Source of the DNA: a virus
Virus record (IMG/VR): IMGVR_UViG_3300048838_000628
Span: 18,024 to 82,023 of that record
Reading direction: 5' to 3' (one strand)
DNA length: 64,000 nucleotides
The notes beneath the pieces were generated by a model, which was given only the letters and a program-made list of their open reading frames with translations, did not search any database and was not told where the DNA came from. Both the position numbers and the translations under genes were made by a program. Positions 29,601 through 38,006 of this stretch are shown here, piece after piece (the first letter of the stretch is position 1; every line of letters starts with the position of its first letter).

Positions 29601-30765
29601 CGATTACCTCAATAGTGTTTTTAAAGAACTTTAATACTACACCAAACTTATCAAGTACAAACTCAATTTGATTAACATTTTGTATTTTAATATTTCCGAT
29701 TTTAATAAACACAACTTCTATATCATCAAACACGGCAGCAAATGATTTGAATATAGCCTTATCACCACCAAAGTTAGTGTTTTCAAGAGCAGAAGTAATT
29801 TTATCAACGGTCTTAAATAAGCGAACTAAATAGTTAAGGTTTTTTGTTGTATTTTTATCAATAACGATTCTTGCAGCAGCCGCAGCAAAAAGAGTTGATT
29901 GTATAAGAACTTGTCTAAGGTCATAGATATATTTATCTGCAAGTAATTGCTTTATTTTAACTCCATAAAGCGCGTGTGAATCGGCGTATGCTTTAACAAC
30001 CTTTAATGTTCTATCTATCATTTTTAGAATATTGTTTAACGGTTTTGTACCGTCATCTTTTGCAGCAGTTGTAACATTGCCGATTATAAATTCAACTTTA
30101 TTAGATATACTTATAATTACATCAGTAAACTTTTTTAACGAAATCTCAAAATCTTCTGATTTTCCAACTTCGTCTATCTTCTTTTTCATTCTTTGAATTG
30201 CCGAAACCATTGTATAAATAGGCGTAAGAACTTCTTTATCAAAAGCAACAACTTTTGCAACCCTATCGGCTGTAGGAAAGTTAATTCTATTAAACGCTGT
30301 AACAAATTCTTTGAAAGTATTTACGGCACGTACGCCGCCCTCTATTGCGTTTTGAGCAGTTGTTAAACCGCTAAACTTTTCAATTAAATTTATAAACGCG
30401 TACATGCTGCCAGTTATACTGGTGAGCGCTTGAGAAGTTTTGTTGCTATCAGCACCAGCTGAAAGCATTTGCTTTACAAATGTATTAACAGAGCCACCCA
30501 TTATTTCAAACTTCTTGTTAACACCCGCCATGCTTGGCAAGTTCTTTATTGTTAACGAGAAGCTAAGTATTTCCATTCCAAAAGCTTTCATTGCCGCTAT
30601 TTCAAGACTTTTATTATCAAAAACTTTTAATAGCGCTCTAATGCCATCAGCAGTATTGGTTAGTTTTGATTTTAAATCACCCTGAAGTTGTGAGAATTCA
30701 TAAAGTGCATCGTTTAACTTACCAAAAGCTTCAACATCAAATTCTAATCCAGCACCAGTGGCCAT
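23653..30765 (-). CDS. tape measure protein (TP901-like core) with internal LysM
   Basis: 2370 aa, helical; FEKGLAQVFKT...LGNQFAATES...EAAGTAFS core; GIxSPS motifs; LysM at 27178-27312. Confidence 0.95.
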   Translation of the reverse strand: MATGAGLEFDVEAFGKLNDALYEFSQLQGDLKSKLTNTADGIRALLKVFDNKSLEIAAMKAFGMEILSFSLTIKNLPSMAGVNKKFEIMGGSVNTFVKQMLSAGADSNKTSQALTSITGSMYAFINLIEKFSGLTTAQNAIEGGVRAVNTFKEFVTAFNRINFPTADRVAKVVAFDKEVLTPIYTMVSAIQRMKKKIDEVGKSEDFEISLKKFTDVIISISNKVEFIIGNVTTAAKDDGTKPLNNILKMIDRTLKVVKAYADSHALYGVKIKQLLADKYIYDLRQVLIQSTLFAAAAARIVIDKNTTKNLNYLVRLFKTVDKITSALENTNFGGDKAIFKSFAAVFDDIEVVFIKIGNIKIQNVNQIEFVLDKFGVVLKFFKNTIEVIESVEKLNIQNASKQLNSFLVESLYMLESMSKLFKKLDGFKSFSFNIFKKNEGGVSIQQVEKVRGFTEGMLGIIKAFRSLSVDSRDLSTENIVENLNKIRRMLSATGLFNIGGFKGIVKSISGFKSDDIKKFSSFAEAVVNIGKVFRVLARIDEGVSVETVIKSLGTIRRMLNGIPLLPFGGFKAIMKDIGSVNKNTVDKFRSFSESILAIAKTLEKLSGVNMKDINFKGFANSVKQLSKGMKAGGFDKRAGFNLGKDFGNEVNRGAKFSWGIRSPSAVFKRFGENIVEGLKSGFSKIKAVVEFLAKTVINAFKGVVNTTKSIFSNIANIITFPFRKAGDAIGGIFKQISNRLRFAINDLRMFVGGLGSVFAGTAIEFEKGLAQVFKTIEIPEETKKEVQATLTQQFRDMATGNDSVLSGLSDASKTILEIAEVAGTLGIPIELMEKFTQTVGAMTIATNLGGEEAATFLGQFSAITGSKDFDKVASTMVTLGNQFAATESGIAEMSNRIAGVGVSFGLSVPEILSFSAAMESVGLNPEAAGTAFSQFMQKSINALAKGGTELELFAKAAGMTGAELKELQKQKPAEFLLDMLEGFSKYPLEEQVVLFDQLGLDGIRVSDMLRRLGNANELVNKAVEVGNDGWRENNALMNEARIRNETTDASIQRLKNRMYDLKITIGNIFAPLVKFLADAIGNAIQRVNVFLSGFVESIRLIRTPIDELKALIDNTFGSGPTGGAAGESGPRKTNPELDRLKTLYDPALGMYQELVLAQGDSLWGIAQRYGVSVDQLREWNGLTKDSVYHYGDTIKIWSKYNSEGEDVSDMLQDQYEEMKRLEDQMTDSEKTTKRFAGAAKVFGKNLTVDQITDLRNDLRGLNKDFADSRKAIGLLFSGETKQGSDELAIAVGNLKENFKSVLTTLGIEITENPFTRRISELIDDIKNKDWKEAFRTALLVPVGALQTLLSSGLNQFGFGEREINLGTPEEEYAFAQSGGLTDNQFGMPTKTITRSLFGFNEELEKRIKEIGKPENMSESIDLAILNIRRVLTDIANGDYTEAKTFLETNVDNFVRSGITAGLALVFGFPFGAIAFVSNMLAMAIENDVFNLRTELEKTEIGNEIVKAVGYIGEQINLALAAVGEIMNPDKNAANGLKAGVGIMENDSIMPSSAKSGSNPFVSYFNALIEDVKDIIDEINRIDFTSITTFVSGILKFINDIVAGAALLVGSVALLELKTFILPLIENIGKTFNVLTEEFTSDDINSLLKIGAVFIAFMNRIKVASMVMTVARFAGLQLLIGGIAEALPSLLTATSGAFGVIEGLIEGDKDKVQANADKALEGIWDALQAFFGSIANSTFNVMEAIGLGPASVFRIQAENSLRGIIAIIDTIITRIKIAALDLQIFNELDPNKERPFQLERDKLIGGLAFGEQFKFSTLELDSTFGFTNSFGKLVATSFRDALSNPENYTLSAEAKERLRYAAINTLLTSGDADSANDAFNVFRMLGIDPETQFTTEQLANLPFLKNMPTNLKEALLRNVALGELGLDQENISGFLTIEGVTGLIDSFIKGAVAQDTGLSETTKADLQTRVVDDLATLNESDALVNQLMATEEFAGFNMLSILASGNLRPLEQSEINGVVAELQSSMGPIYDLLGPQAGADLYTSIINGLLHNQEDAISDEDAKSIARGFISSLYDPENQYTRALSNDYLNGILEGLELGLITSENTTRLQNVGKGIGQYLDEGTKNALGIKSPSTVYETVGENIIEGLQKGIDDNVSDLKKSVDKVVGELETISVMTAIMANKVTIALSQIILNLVVFSSTFTIATTILKLNLIVARSELDLFIDKIEDAILSLARMKVAFLNSNVGLGPGEGIQPTDGTSFYGGGVRAGGKYEVLENGLPFETYRTSKGKTYLISNENGQIYSPAGRTREINAAAGVGMSSMNINEGDTYITVNGAGSPEAVAEAVVKKMEKRKARETFRTLKLSGASGV

Positions 30766-31452
30766 TTATCCTCCAAGCATATCGTTAATAATAGCTGGCG
30801 TAAACTTAAGATCAGCGTCACCAAGCTTTTGTTTAATTTCGTTTCTAAATTTAGCATCTTTAAGCTCAGTGAAAATTGTGTCATAAAGCCCGCGTCCAAA
30901 CCAGCCGCCCATTTTCTTGCCTTTTGGATAAATAAACCACTCACGTAATTTTGATTTGCGTTTGCCCCAAAGATGAAAACGCTTACCGCTAGTTCTTGCT
31001 GAACTTTCAGGCCAATCTTCGTTCTTTGGAAATGCAGCAGGCTTCTTGGAAATCGCTTCAGGATAACCTTGATTGTTTTGTGTAAAACTAGAAGCGACTT
31101 TATGACCATTTGGAAATGTCGTATAACCCAAGGTGACCCTACCTTTACGGCCAGCGCTTATATAATGAAAAATCTTATGAGGCTGACCACTACTATTTAC
31201 TGCACTAATTTGTACATTATAGATTGACTTGCCTTTTTTAAAGTCAAACGAAGATTTGACATAAACCTGAAAACGCACGGCTTCATCACCAAAGCGACCA
31301 TCTTCATTTAAATATCCAGCAAGCTCATTAAGTTTGTCTTTAAACACTTTTGCTATTTCGCCTTCTTTGCGCTTAGCAAGACCTTCGGCATATTTATCTG
31401 GTTTAAATCCTTTAACAAAATCTATAACGTCACCTAAATCTACTGTTGTCAT
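30766..31452 (-). CDS. basic structural protein, possibly tail completion (HK97 gp10-like)
   Basis: Basic composition; position in the tail module. Confidence 0.45.
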   Translation of the reverse strand: MTTVDLGDVIDFVKGFKPDKYAEGLAKRKEGEIAKVFKDKLNELAGYLNEDGRFGDEAVRFQVYVKSSFDFKKGKSIYNVQISAVNSSGQPHKIFHYISAGRKGRVTLGYTTFPNGHKVASSFTQNNQGYPEAISKKPAAFPKNEDWPESSARTSGKRFHLWGKRKSKLREWFIYPKGKKMGGWFGRGLYDTIFTELKDAKFRNEIKQKLGDADLKFTPAIINDMLGG

Positions 31453-31847
31453 TTGTTTCCCTTCCTTGCACTTTCAACCTCGCGGTAAAAATCTTCAATA
31501 GACTCAATTTGATTTTTTACTATCTCAACTGCCATTGTTTTACCACGAAGTTCGGGTTCGTAATCATTCCAAATATGGGGAGGGATATTTAGTTTCGATC
31601 TTATAAATTCTTCTTGTATTTCAAACGGTATTTGCTGGATGTTGATGCGACCATATAGCTTTTTCTTTAACTCTCTGATCGCATCTTTACCAGCTTGGTC
31701 TAAATCTTCTTTTTCGCCGTCTAAACGTTTGTTTAACTTCTCATTTTCTTCGTATAATGTTTCTTCTGTCGAAAGGAGAGTGTTCTTGCTATAATAATTA
31801 AGATAGAAGTTCATCCAGTCGATCACGGAGAAAGGAGATGTCATCAA
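31449..31847 (-). CDS. tail assembly chaperone, downstream (gpT-like) frame
   Basis: Overlaps the upstream chaperone in the +1 frame; own AGGAGG 6 nt before ATG 31844. Confidence 0.65.
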   Translation of the reverse strand: MMTSPFSVIDWMNFYLNYYSKNTLLSTEETLYEENEKLNKRLDGEKEDLDQAGKDAIRELKKKLYGRINIQQIPFEIQEEFIRSKLNIPPHIWNDYEPELRGKTMAVEIVKNQIESIEDFYREVESARKGNK

Positions 31848-32577
31848 GACCCTCCTGCGAGTTCAAGATGCTAATGCCCGTGTACACGCGCTTAACCGCA
31901 TCCTGAAACACATCGCTAATGGGCTTGTACTCATTAACGATCTGTGAGGCAACTGCAATCATTACCTCAAACGGGTTGTTCTTGTCAATCAGTGGGGCAG
32001 GGGGCATGTATTCGTCAAGTAGTTCGTCCAGAGGATCGCGCTCTACTTTTGCACCGTCCCAATAACTTTCAGGAATTACCACATCAAACTTGCTCTCAAT
32101 AGATTTGTTCTTATGGATTGTAAATACGCTCTTACGCATAATTGCCCATGAGATAACCTGAAATAGAGCCAGTGTATAATGCGGTGTATGCTCTCGCTTA
32201 ACTGATTGAATAAATGTAGAAATTTTGCTCTGTGGCACGTTACGGAAAGCACGACGATATTTCTTAACAAGATCGCGAACATCATTATCGTTTTCGTCAA
32301 TTGCTTCCGGGTCTTTAATACCGCGAGTAATTAGAAGTGTACGAGTGCGCTTCATAATTTCTTCAGCAGTTTTGTCGTTAAAGCCCAGTGTTAGAACGCG
32401 CATAGGATCGACAACAACGTTTTCTTTGTCGTAATAAGCGCCATCTTTTTCAGTAAGGACTTCGCCAGTATCGACGTTAATATGCCAGTTAAAGTAAACC
32501 TCATATTCGTCAAATACTTCGTTAATTTCTTCTTCTGTAAGTTCCTTACGCTTGTCTTTCGTACTGATAATAGCCAT
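31798..32577 (-). CDS. tail assembly chaperone (gpG-like)
   Basis: Directly downstream of the tail tube; acidic and helical. Confidence 0.65.
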   Translation of the reverse strand: MAIISTKDKRKELTEEEINEVFDEYEVYFNWHINVDTGEVLTEKDGAYYDKENVVVDPMRVLTLGFNDKTAEEIMKRTRTLLITRGIKDPEAIDENDNDVRDLVKKYRRAFRNVPQSKISTFIQSVKREHTPHYTLALFQVISWAIMRKSVFTIHKNKSIESKFDVVIPESYWDGAKVERDPLDELLDEYMPPAPLIDKNNPFEVMIAVASQIVNEYKPISDVFQDAVKRVYTGISILNSQEGLDDISFLRDRLDELLS

Positions 32578-32600
32578 TTTATTTCCCCTTATAGTTTTTT

Positions 32601-32630
32601 AAAAGAAAGGGGCGGTTTTTAGGCCGCCCC
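32601..32630 (-). terminator. intrinsic terminator after major tail gene
   Basis: GGGGCGG-cctaaaaa-CCGCCCC-TTTCTTTT. Confidence 0.8.
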
Positions 32631-32640
32631 AGTTGCATTA

Positions 32641-34149
32641 CTAGCAACCGCCACCAATGCAAAGATTGCAAGTAGCGATCTGAACAAGATTGCCGTCAGC
32701 CGTGACAGCAAGGAAGTAGTTCACACCTTCGTCAAGCAAGGGCGAACCCGCAACGATCTGATTAATAACACCAGCGCCAGCAAACGGCGAAACTGTCTGC
32801 CAGTTCTGATTGGTCAGAGCTTCACGTTTGCGCAGAGCCGCACCAGCACCAGCCAGAACGCGATAACCGAATTCGTCACCAGCCAGAGCGCCAATAACAA
32901 CATTGCTGGCAGCAATAGCGATCTTAGTGTAGCTTGAAGCAAGATTGTCGGCAGTGTAGTTTTCGTAGATGTGACCATCTGCGCCACCAAAAACAACGTG
33001 ACCCGAACCAAGGATCGTGACCGAAGTCAAGTCCGTAGCAGCCGTGCCACCAACCTGTGTGCTAATGTCGGTAAACGTAACACCGTCATAAGCATAAGCA
33101 GTAGCGCTTGAAAGAGCAAGGTACATCAGACCAGTACGCGAGTCATAAGCTGCGTCCAGAATGTCTTCAGTGTCAATATCAGTCAAAGCCGTGAAGGTCA
33201 CGCCGTTATCGCACGAATAGAAAACTTCACCAGCCGTACCGAGAGCGTAAACCTTGCTGAACGCTTCGATAACCTTGTTGACGCCGGTTGAAGCTGCACT
33301 CAAAGTTGAGAGAGCGAAAGCCGCACCACCAACCGAGTAAGCAACACCACCATCGGTACCCGTGCCGCCAACAACGTCAGTATAACCAACCACATAGTTA
33401 CCGTTAACATAGGCAGCTGAAGAAATATCGGCAGCAACCAAATCGCCAGTAATCGCAGTTGTCGTAATAGCAGTAAAACTAGCGCCACCATCAGTCGAAA
33501 GCAGAGCATCGGCGCCTTCGCCAGCAATAAAGATCGTCTGGTACGCGCAGTCCACGCTCTCGCAACGCTCGTTAACAAGCACAACCGTATTAAGACCAGC
33601 ATCGTGGTCAAACATCAGCTTGTTCTCAAGGCCGTAATAGTGACGCAGGTTACCAACGATAGCCAGAGTACGCATTGACGTAATCGGATTTTCGTTGTCG
33701 TCATAGCCAACAATCGCAGCGTTGTACTGACGCACTCCCATGTTGAAGTCTTCGCCTAGCCAGAAGTAGCTATCACAGCCATCATCGCAGCTTGACGGGA
33801 CAAAAAGAATATCGTACCGTGCGCCAGCATACTGCGCCTGATAGATACGATCCGTAACCGAAATCATCTTATTCGGAAGCATCATGTTCACGGTCAAGCC
33901 CTTAACCTTGTCACCGGTCAGAGTACGCTCAACGAGAACATTACGACCATTCAGATGACGGTACTCAGGAAGAATCTTGCGTTCCGTGAGATTATAGCTG
34001 AAAGCTTCGTCCACACGATGACCGCCAAGATAAACCAAATCAACCGGATTATCTTTACGGGCCGCATACATCTTCATCGTACCAGAGTCAAGCAACGCAC
34101 CGGTTGCCTGCTCGTCCTGCTCGCCCCCGCTAAAATAAACAATAGGCAT
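32641..34149 (-). CDS. major tail tube protein with C-terminal BNR-type beta-propeller
   Basis: High-expression codon bias, terminator downstream, precedes the chaperones; Asp-boxes STDGGASF and SCDNGVTF. Confidence 0.72.
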   Translation of the reverse strand: MPIVYFSGGEQDEQATGALLDSGTMKMYAARKDNPVDLVYLGGHRVDEAFSYNLTERKILPEYRHLNGRNVLVERTLTGDKVKGLTVNMMLPNKMISVTDRIYQAQYAGARYDILFVPSSCDDGCDSYFWLGEDFNMGVRQYNAAIVGYDDNENPITSMRTLAIVGNLRHYYGLENKLMFDHDAGLNTVVLVNERCESVDCAYQTIFIAGEGADALLSTDGGASFTAITTTAITGDLVAADISSAAYVNGNYVVGYTDVVGGTGTDGGVAYSVGGAAFALSTLSAASTGVNKVIEAFSKVYALGTAGEVFYSCDNGVTFTALTDIDTEDILDAAYDSRTGLMYLALSSATAYAYDGVTFTDISTQVGGTAATDLTSVTILGSGHVVFGGADGHIYENYTADNLASSYTKIAIAASNVVIGALAGDEFGYRVLAGAGAALRKREALTNQNWQTVSPFAGAGVINQIVAGSPLLDEGVNYFLAVTADGNLVQIATCNLCIGGGC

Positions 34150-34154
34150 TTTTC

Positions 34155-34376
34155 TTACTCCTTAAGCAAACGTTTGGGTAACTCAAATTCTTTTGGAAAG
34201 TCGGGGAAGTTCTCTAGAATAAGGTTTGCGGGAATCCAAAACTTAGTCTTTCCATCCGTCACCCGTACTTGATTACCTCTAATTCCAGTCAAACGTGAAA
34301 GCTTTACTGTTTGAGGAACCGGAGGGGCTTTCTTTACTTCTACCATTACTTCTTCTTTTACTTCGATTTCGTCCAC
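34155..34376 (-). CDS. small hypothetical protein
   Basis: In-operon ORF. Confidence 0.6.
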   Translation of the reverse strand: MDEIEVKEEVMVEVKKAPPVPQTVKLSRLTGIRGNQVRVTDGKTKFWIPANLILENFPDFPKEFELPKRLLKE

Positions 34377-35648
34377 TTAGAGACTACTCCCTTCAACATT
34401 GTAGCACTTATACTGGGACATTTCGCGCAAAGCCATAGTTATACCCTGATAAGGAGGATAACCAGACAATAGTGCGATTGTTTGAGGCGTTAACAATTCT
34501 TTATATTCACTACCATAACTCTTACCGCTACTGCTGGCCTCTAATACGGCAATACGTGGGACTTCACGATAGTATTTAATCTTTTGCTCTGCACATTGAT
34601 CGCAGTCACACCATGCACGCACACAGTCAGCTAGTCCGATAGCAAGTTTAGATAAGATTTGTGAAACACCATACTGTACGTCGCCGCTGTAAAGCGGTTT
34701 AATACCACTAAGATAATTCACCGCAACCTCTTTTGGAGTGCATTGCAAACAATATCTTTGCATTACTCCGTTGTCATCACACATAGAGGTTTTTGGCACT
34801 AACCACGTTTCTTGACCAATTGTACGTCTTTGAAAACAAACAGGAACAGCTAATTCGTCACAATTGCCGCCATAACAATCCGTACCATTACAAACAAAAT
34901 AACCTTGTTCACATTCGTCAACATAAGTATAAAAAGCTAGAACTTCATCAACATATGTTTCTTCAGCATGTGGCAAACAAGTCTCTTGTTCATCAAGAGA
35001 AGGCTTTTTAAGTAAATAGGCGGGAATAGTAACTGTGCAAGTATCGCCATTAATAACAATACCGCGCAAAGGACGAATTTCGTATTCTCGATCTGCAAAT
35101 GTAGGATCAACAATATAGTTTGCATCAGCAGATGTGAAATAAAGCTTAATGCGGCTCTTATCCATACCTACCGGTACAGTGAACGTTACAGTGAAATTTT
35201 GCTGTAAAGCGCCACTGACAACAGGTTTAACTACTTCTGCTAAACCGAGATACATTAACCCGATTTTTCCTGTTTCTTGAAAACCACAAGAATTTTGCAA
35301 TCTTACTGCAACATATTCTCCTGATTTTAGACGCATTCGATTCAAATTGTTCGTTAAACGATATTGAATTCTCTCGTTTTCCACTTGTTCTGTAGATGGG
35401 TGTAAATTTGTTTCCCAATAAAACACCTGCTCTGCGTAAGTTAACATTCCGATTAAATCATCACGCGACCAATGAGATGCCTGAACCCAAGGTCGCTGTA
35501 ACATACAAAAGCATTTTTCTGTTTTTTGGTTTGGATAGTTAAACACACTATCGCCAGAAAGATCAATTCCAGCAGCATAGAAAGGCTCAATGCCAAAAAA
35601 CTCTACAAATTGCAACAAAGGCATTAGAGTATTACTTCTCATCTGCAA
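34377..35648 (-). CDS. Cys-rich head-tail adaptor/connector
   Basis: Position; SRDDL...AE and VNYLSG...LSKLA adaptor-like motifs; 18 Cys. Confidence 0.6.
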   Translation of the reverse strand: MQMRSNTLMPLLQFVEFFGIEPFYAAGIDLSGDSVFNYPNQKTEKCFCMLQRPWVQASHWSRDDLIGMLTYAEQVFYWETNLHPSTEQVENERIQYRLTNNLNRMRLKSGEYVAVRLQNSCGFQETGKIGLMYLGLAEVVKPVVSGALQQNFTVTFTVPVGMDKSRIKLYFTSADANYIVDPTFADREYEIRPLRGIVINGDTCTVTIPAYLLKKPSLDEQETCLPHAEETYVDEVLAFYTYVDECEQGYFVCNGTDCYGGNCDELAVPVCFQRRTIGQETWLVPKTSMCDDNGVMQRYCLQCTPKEVAVNYLSGIKPLYSGDVQYGVSQILSKLAIGLADCVRAWCDCDQCAEQKIKYYREVPRIAVLEASSSGKSYGSEYKELLTPQTIALLSGYPPYQGITMALREMSQYKCYNVEGSSL

Positions 35649-36051
35649 GCCTCCCTATAAAAATAGTTGCTGTACTACACGCTAAAATAAGCATAGCAAT
35701 AATGAAAACCGGATTTAACGCTACTAGAATGACATTCAGCGTGCCTACCCAAACAGACATACACCAGATACAAGAAAATAATTCAGCAAAATGATTAGTA
35801 TAAATCTTATCTAAACCTGTAGAGTCCATTCCTAGCTCAATGGCTTCTTTAAGCGTTAGGCGTTTTTCAATTATTTGTTCACCATCGTGTTTTTCATAAT
35901 AAACATAACGAACGCCAAAGATATGACGAATAATCGTAAAAATATGCAAAAAGCCAATTTCGTCAATAAATAGACTGCTTAAGCGCCAAGTTGCTAGAAA
36001 TAAAACTATAACAACAACTGGATTAAGCAACCACAATAAGGTCTCCGGCAT
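35632..36051 (-). CDS. DUF1360-like membrane protein with CxxC
   Basis: LATWRLSSLFIDE.G..IF..IR ... ELFSCIWCMSVWVG; three hydrophobic segments. Confidence 0.8.
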   Translation of the reverse strand: MPETLLWLLNPVVVIVLFLATWRLSSLFIDEIGFLHIFTIIRHIFGVRYVYYEKHDGEQIIEKRLTLKEAIELGMDSTGLDKIYTNHFAELFSCIWCMSVWVGTLNVILVALNPVFIIAMLILACSTATIFIGRLADEK

Positions 36052-36214
36052 TTGCGTCTTCCTTCATCACGTAGAATTGCTGAAGCGGTTTTCTGTACCC
36101 ATAAACCGTTTTGCTAGTCTGGCCTTGGTAATATCCCGCTTGATCGCCAACATACCGCACAAGGGTGTATTCATCCATGATATTAACTTTTGGCTTCTCT
36201 TTACATTTACACAT
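36023..36214 (-). CDS. small protein with N-terminal MCKC
   Basis: GAGGA RBS; similar to 36217..36600. Confidence 0.7.
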   Translation of the reverse strand: MCKCKEKPKVNIMDEYTLVRYVGDQAGYYQGQTSKTVYGYRKPLQQFYVMKEDANAGDLIVVA

Positions 36215-36216
36215 GG

Positions 36217-36600
36217 CTATTCCTCTTTCTTCTTGCGCCGCGTTTTCTTAACTGGTTCTTCTGTTTCTTCTTCTTGTTCAACTACTTGTGCTTCAACTTC
36301 ATAACTCATGTCTTCGTCTTGAGATACTTGTACAAGAACATCAAGAACGGCTTCCGGCTCTACAACCGGCTCTTGTACCTGATAGATGCTGAAAAGAGAG
36401 AAGTTCTTAACTTTACGAGTTAAAAGAAAATCTACATCTTGCGGATGTACTTGCTGAATTTGCTTGTTCTTGTTATCAAAAACGTACATGTTCCGCATAG
36501 GAGACACAAACGTAACCTGTTTACTACCGTTATAGATTAACTGAATTCCATCTTCGTAAACCATTGTTGTATTAACCTTTTTAATTTTTCCGCAACACAT
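36217..36600 (-). CDS. small protein with N-terminal MCCG and acidic/basic tail
   Basis: In-operon; similar to 36023..36214. Confidence 0.75.
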   Translation of the reverse strand: MCCGKIKKVNTTMVYEDGIQLIYNGSKQVTFVSPMRNMYVFDNKNKQIQQVHPQDVDFLLTRKVKNFSLFSIYQVQEPVVEPEAVLDVLVQVSQDEDMSYEVEAQVVEQEEETEEPVKKTRRKKKEE

Positions 36601-36601
36601 T

Positions 36602-37654
36602 TTACACCATACCTAGTAATAAATCACCATACACTCTGCCAATAGCTTGATGTGCGCGAGTGTTAAAATGTACCTGATCTATCATGTACTCTGTAGCCCA
36701 ATCAGGATTTGCTAAGAAAACGCCTCTAGCGTCTAGTAGAGCAACGCCCTCAACTACTGCAATATCCTCTATTTCATCGCTGTAAGCCTCTACAGCGCTA
36801 TTTGCTGGCTCATCGGTACGTGGGGGCACATTCATCAATATCGGCGTCACAGAGGCCGTTTCTAGGGCATTTATGATACTTATAACGTTAGCCCTAAAGG
36901 TCGGCATTGCAGTTCCACCAGCAGCGTCGTTTGTACCCGTTTCAATCATACAGAAAGTTGGCTTTGGTGAATGACCAGTAATGTTACCGACACGTGCAAG
37001 CACTTGACCTGCGTTATTTCCACCTTCGCCATCAATTACCGGAATAACATAATGACGCAAGTCTCCGTACACCTTTGCAATTGCTGTAGATGTAAACGAG
37101 AGACTGTTATCGTCAAGTTCTGCTGAAGATGTGCCTATCCAGATTAACTGGCTATCGCCTAAAGCGCCTATGGCGTATTCCGCCGTTGCCAAAGAGTTAA
37201 TCTTCTGGATTACCACATCTTTGAAAGTACGTACTTCTGTAGAATTATCTGCTATTCCTGTAACACGAAATTCAACACGCCAGTTAGTATCTGTAGCGGT
37301 TTTGAAATTTAATTTGTAGTTTCTGTGTATTGCCGAAGTGTCATAAATCTCTGGCATGTAGCGGATTAAGCCACTATCAGCCTCTTTAACACCAAACTGG
37401 CAAAAACGGTTTAAATCACCTTTGGCACGAAAACGTAATTGGTAATAAGTATTTTGCTCTAACGTAATGTCCTGATACACTCTAGCGTAACCTGCGGCAT
37501 CGCCGCCTGCTGCACGAGTTAGTGTAATTTTAGTACCATCGTCTTCTTCAAATGATCCAGAGATACCGCTAAGAGCAGATATTTCTGTTTCCCAAGTGCT
37601 TAATTCAATTGAGCTACCGAAGTAGCTCGGTAGGGTTAAAATTCCATTAGGAAT
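36602..37654 (-). CDS. carbohydrate-binding-like domain + SGNH/GDSL esterase; probable ATT start at 37654 (track start 37480)
   Basis: GDSQ, GTND, DQVH blocks; VYQDITLEQNTYYQLRF CBM-like; frame open up to an AAGGAGG-5nt-ATT. Confidence 0.8.
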   Translation of the reverse strand: MPNGILTLPSYFGSSIELSTWETEISALSGISGSFEEDDGTKITLTRAAGGDAAGYARVYQDITLEQNTYYQLRFRAKGDLNRFCQFGVKEADSGLIRYMPEIYDTSAIHRNYKLNFKTATDTNWRVEFRVTGIADNSTEVRTFKDVVIQKINSLATAEYAIGALGDSQLIWIGTSSAELDDNSLSFTSTAIAKVYGDLRHYVIPVIDGEGGNNAGQVLARVGNITGHSPKPTFCMIETGTNDAAGGTAMPTFRANVISIINALETASVTPILMNVPPRTDEPANSAVEAYSDEIEDIAVVEGVALLDARGVFLANPDWATEYMIDQVHFNTRAHQAIGRVYGDLLLGMV

Positions 37655-37687
37655 AATTTCCTCCTTTTAGACCGGGGCTTCTTGATT

Positions 37688-37954
37688 TTACGGATCGGGA
37701 CGTCGCCGCCAATCCGGCTGCACTTTATGGATAGCGCTATCTTCAATTGCTACGCATTCCGCGCGTTGTCTAGGGTCTAAGAACTCAAACGACTTCCACA
37801 TCTGATAATACTGTTCAGATGTCATCGAATGAATTTCCATACGTTCGACGACGCACGGGGGCGGATTACTGCCGCCGTGTTCGAGCCAATCGTTTAGATC
37901 TTTTAATGCTGATGCAGCGGCACGAAAGCGTTGCCCAATCCTATCAAGATCCAT
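37688..37954 (-). CDS. hypothetical protein within GC-rich cassette
   Basis: AAGGAG RBS before ATG. Confidence 0.6.
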   Translation of the reverse strand: MDLDRIGQRFRAAASALKDLNDWLEHGGSNPPPCVVERMEIHSMTSEQYYQMWKSFEFLDPRQRAECVAIEDSAIHKVQPDWRRRPDP

Positions 37955-38006
37955 CTCACACTCCTTACATCAGAACGAGCCCGTAGGCAATTCGCATTCT
38001 GTCGAC

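Noticed and set aside
24008-30685. Long + strand ORFs opposite the tape measure (e.g. 28364..29434)
   Set aside because: Antisense shadows of a biased coding strand; no RBS or recognisable motifs.
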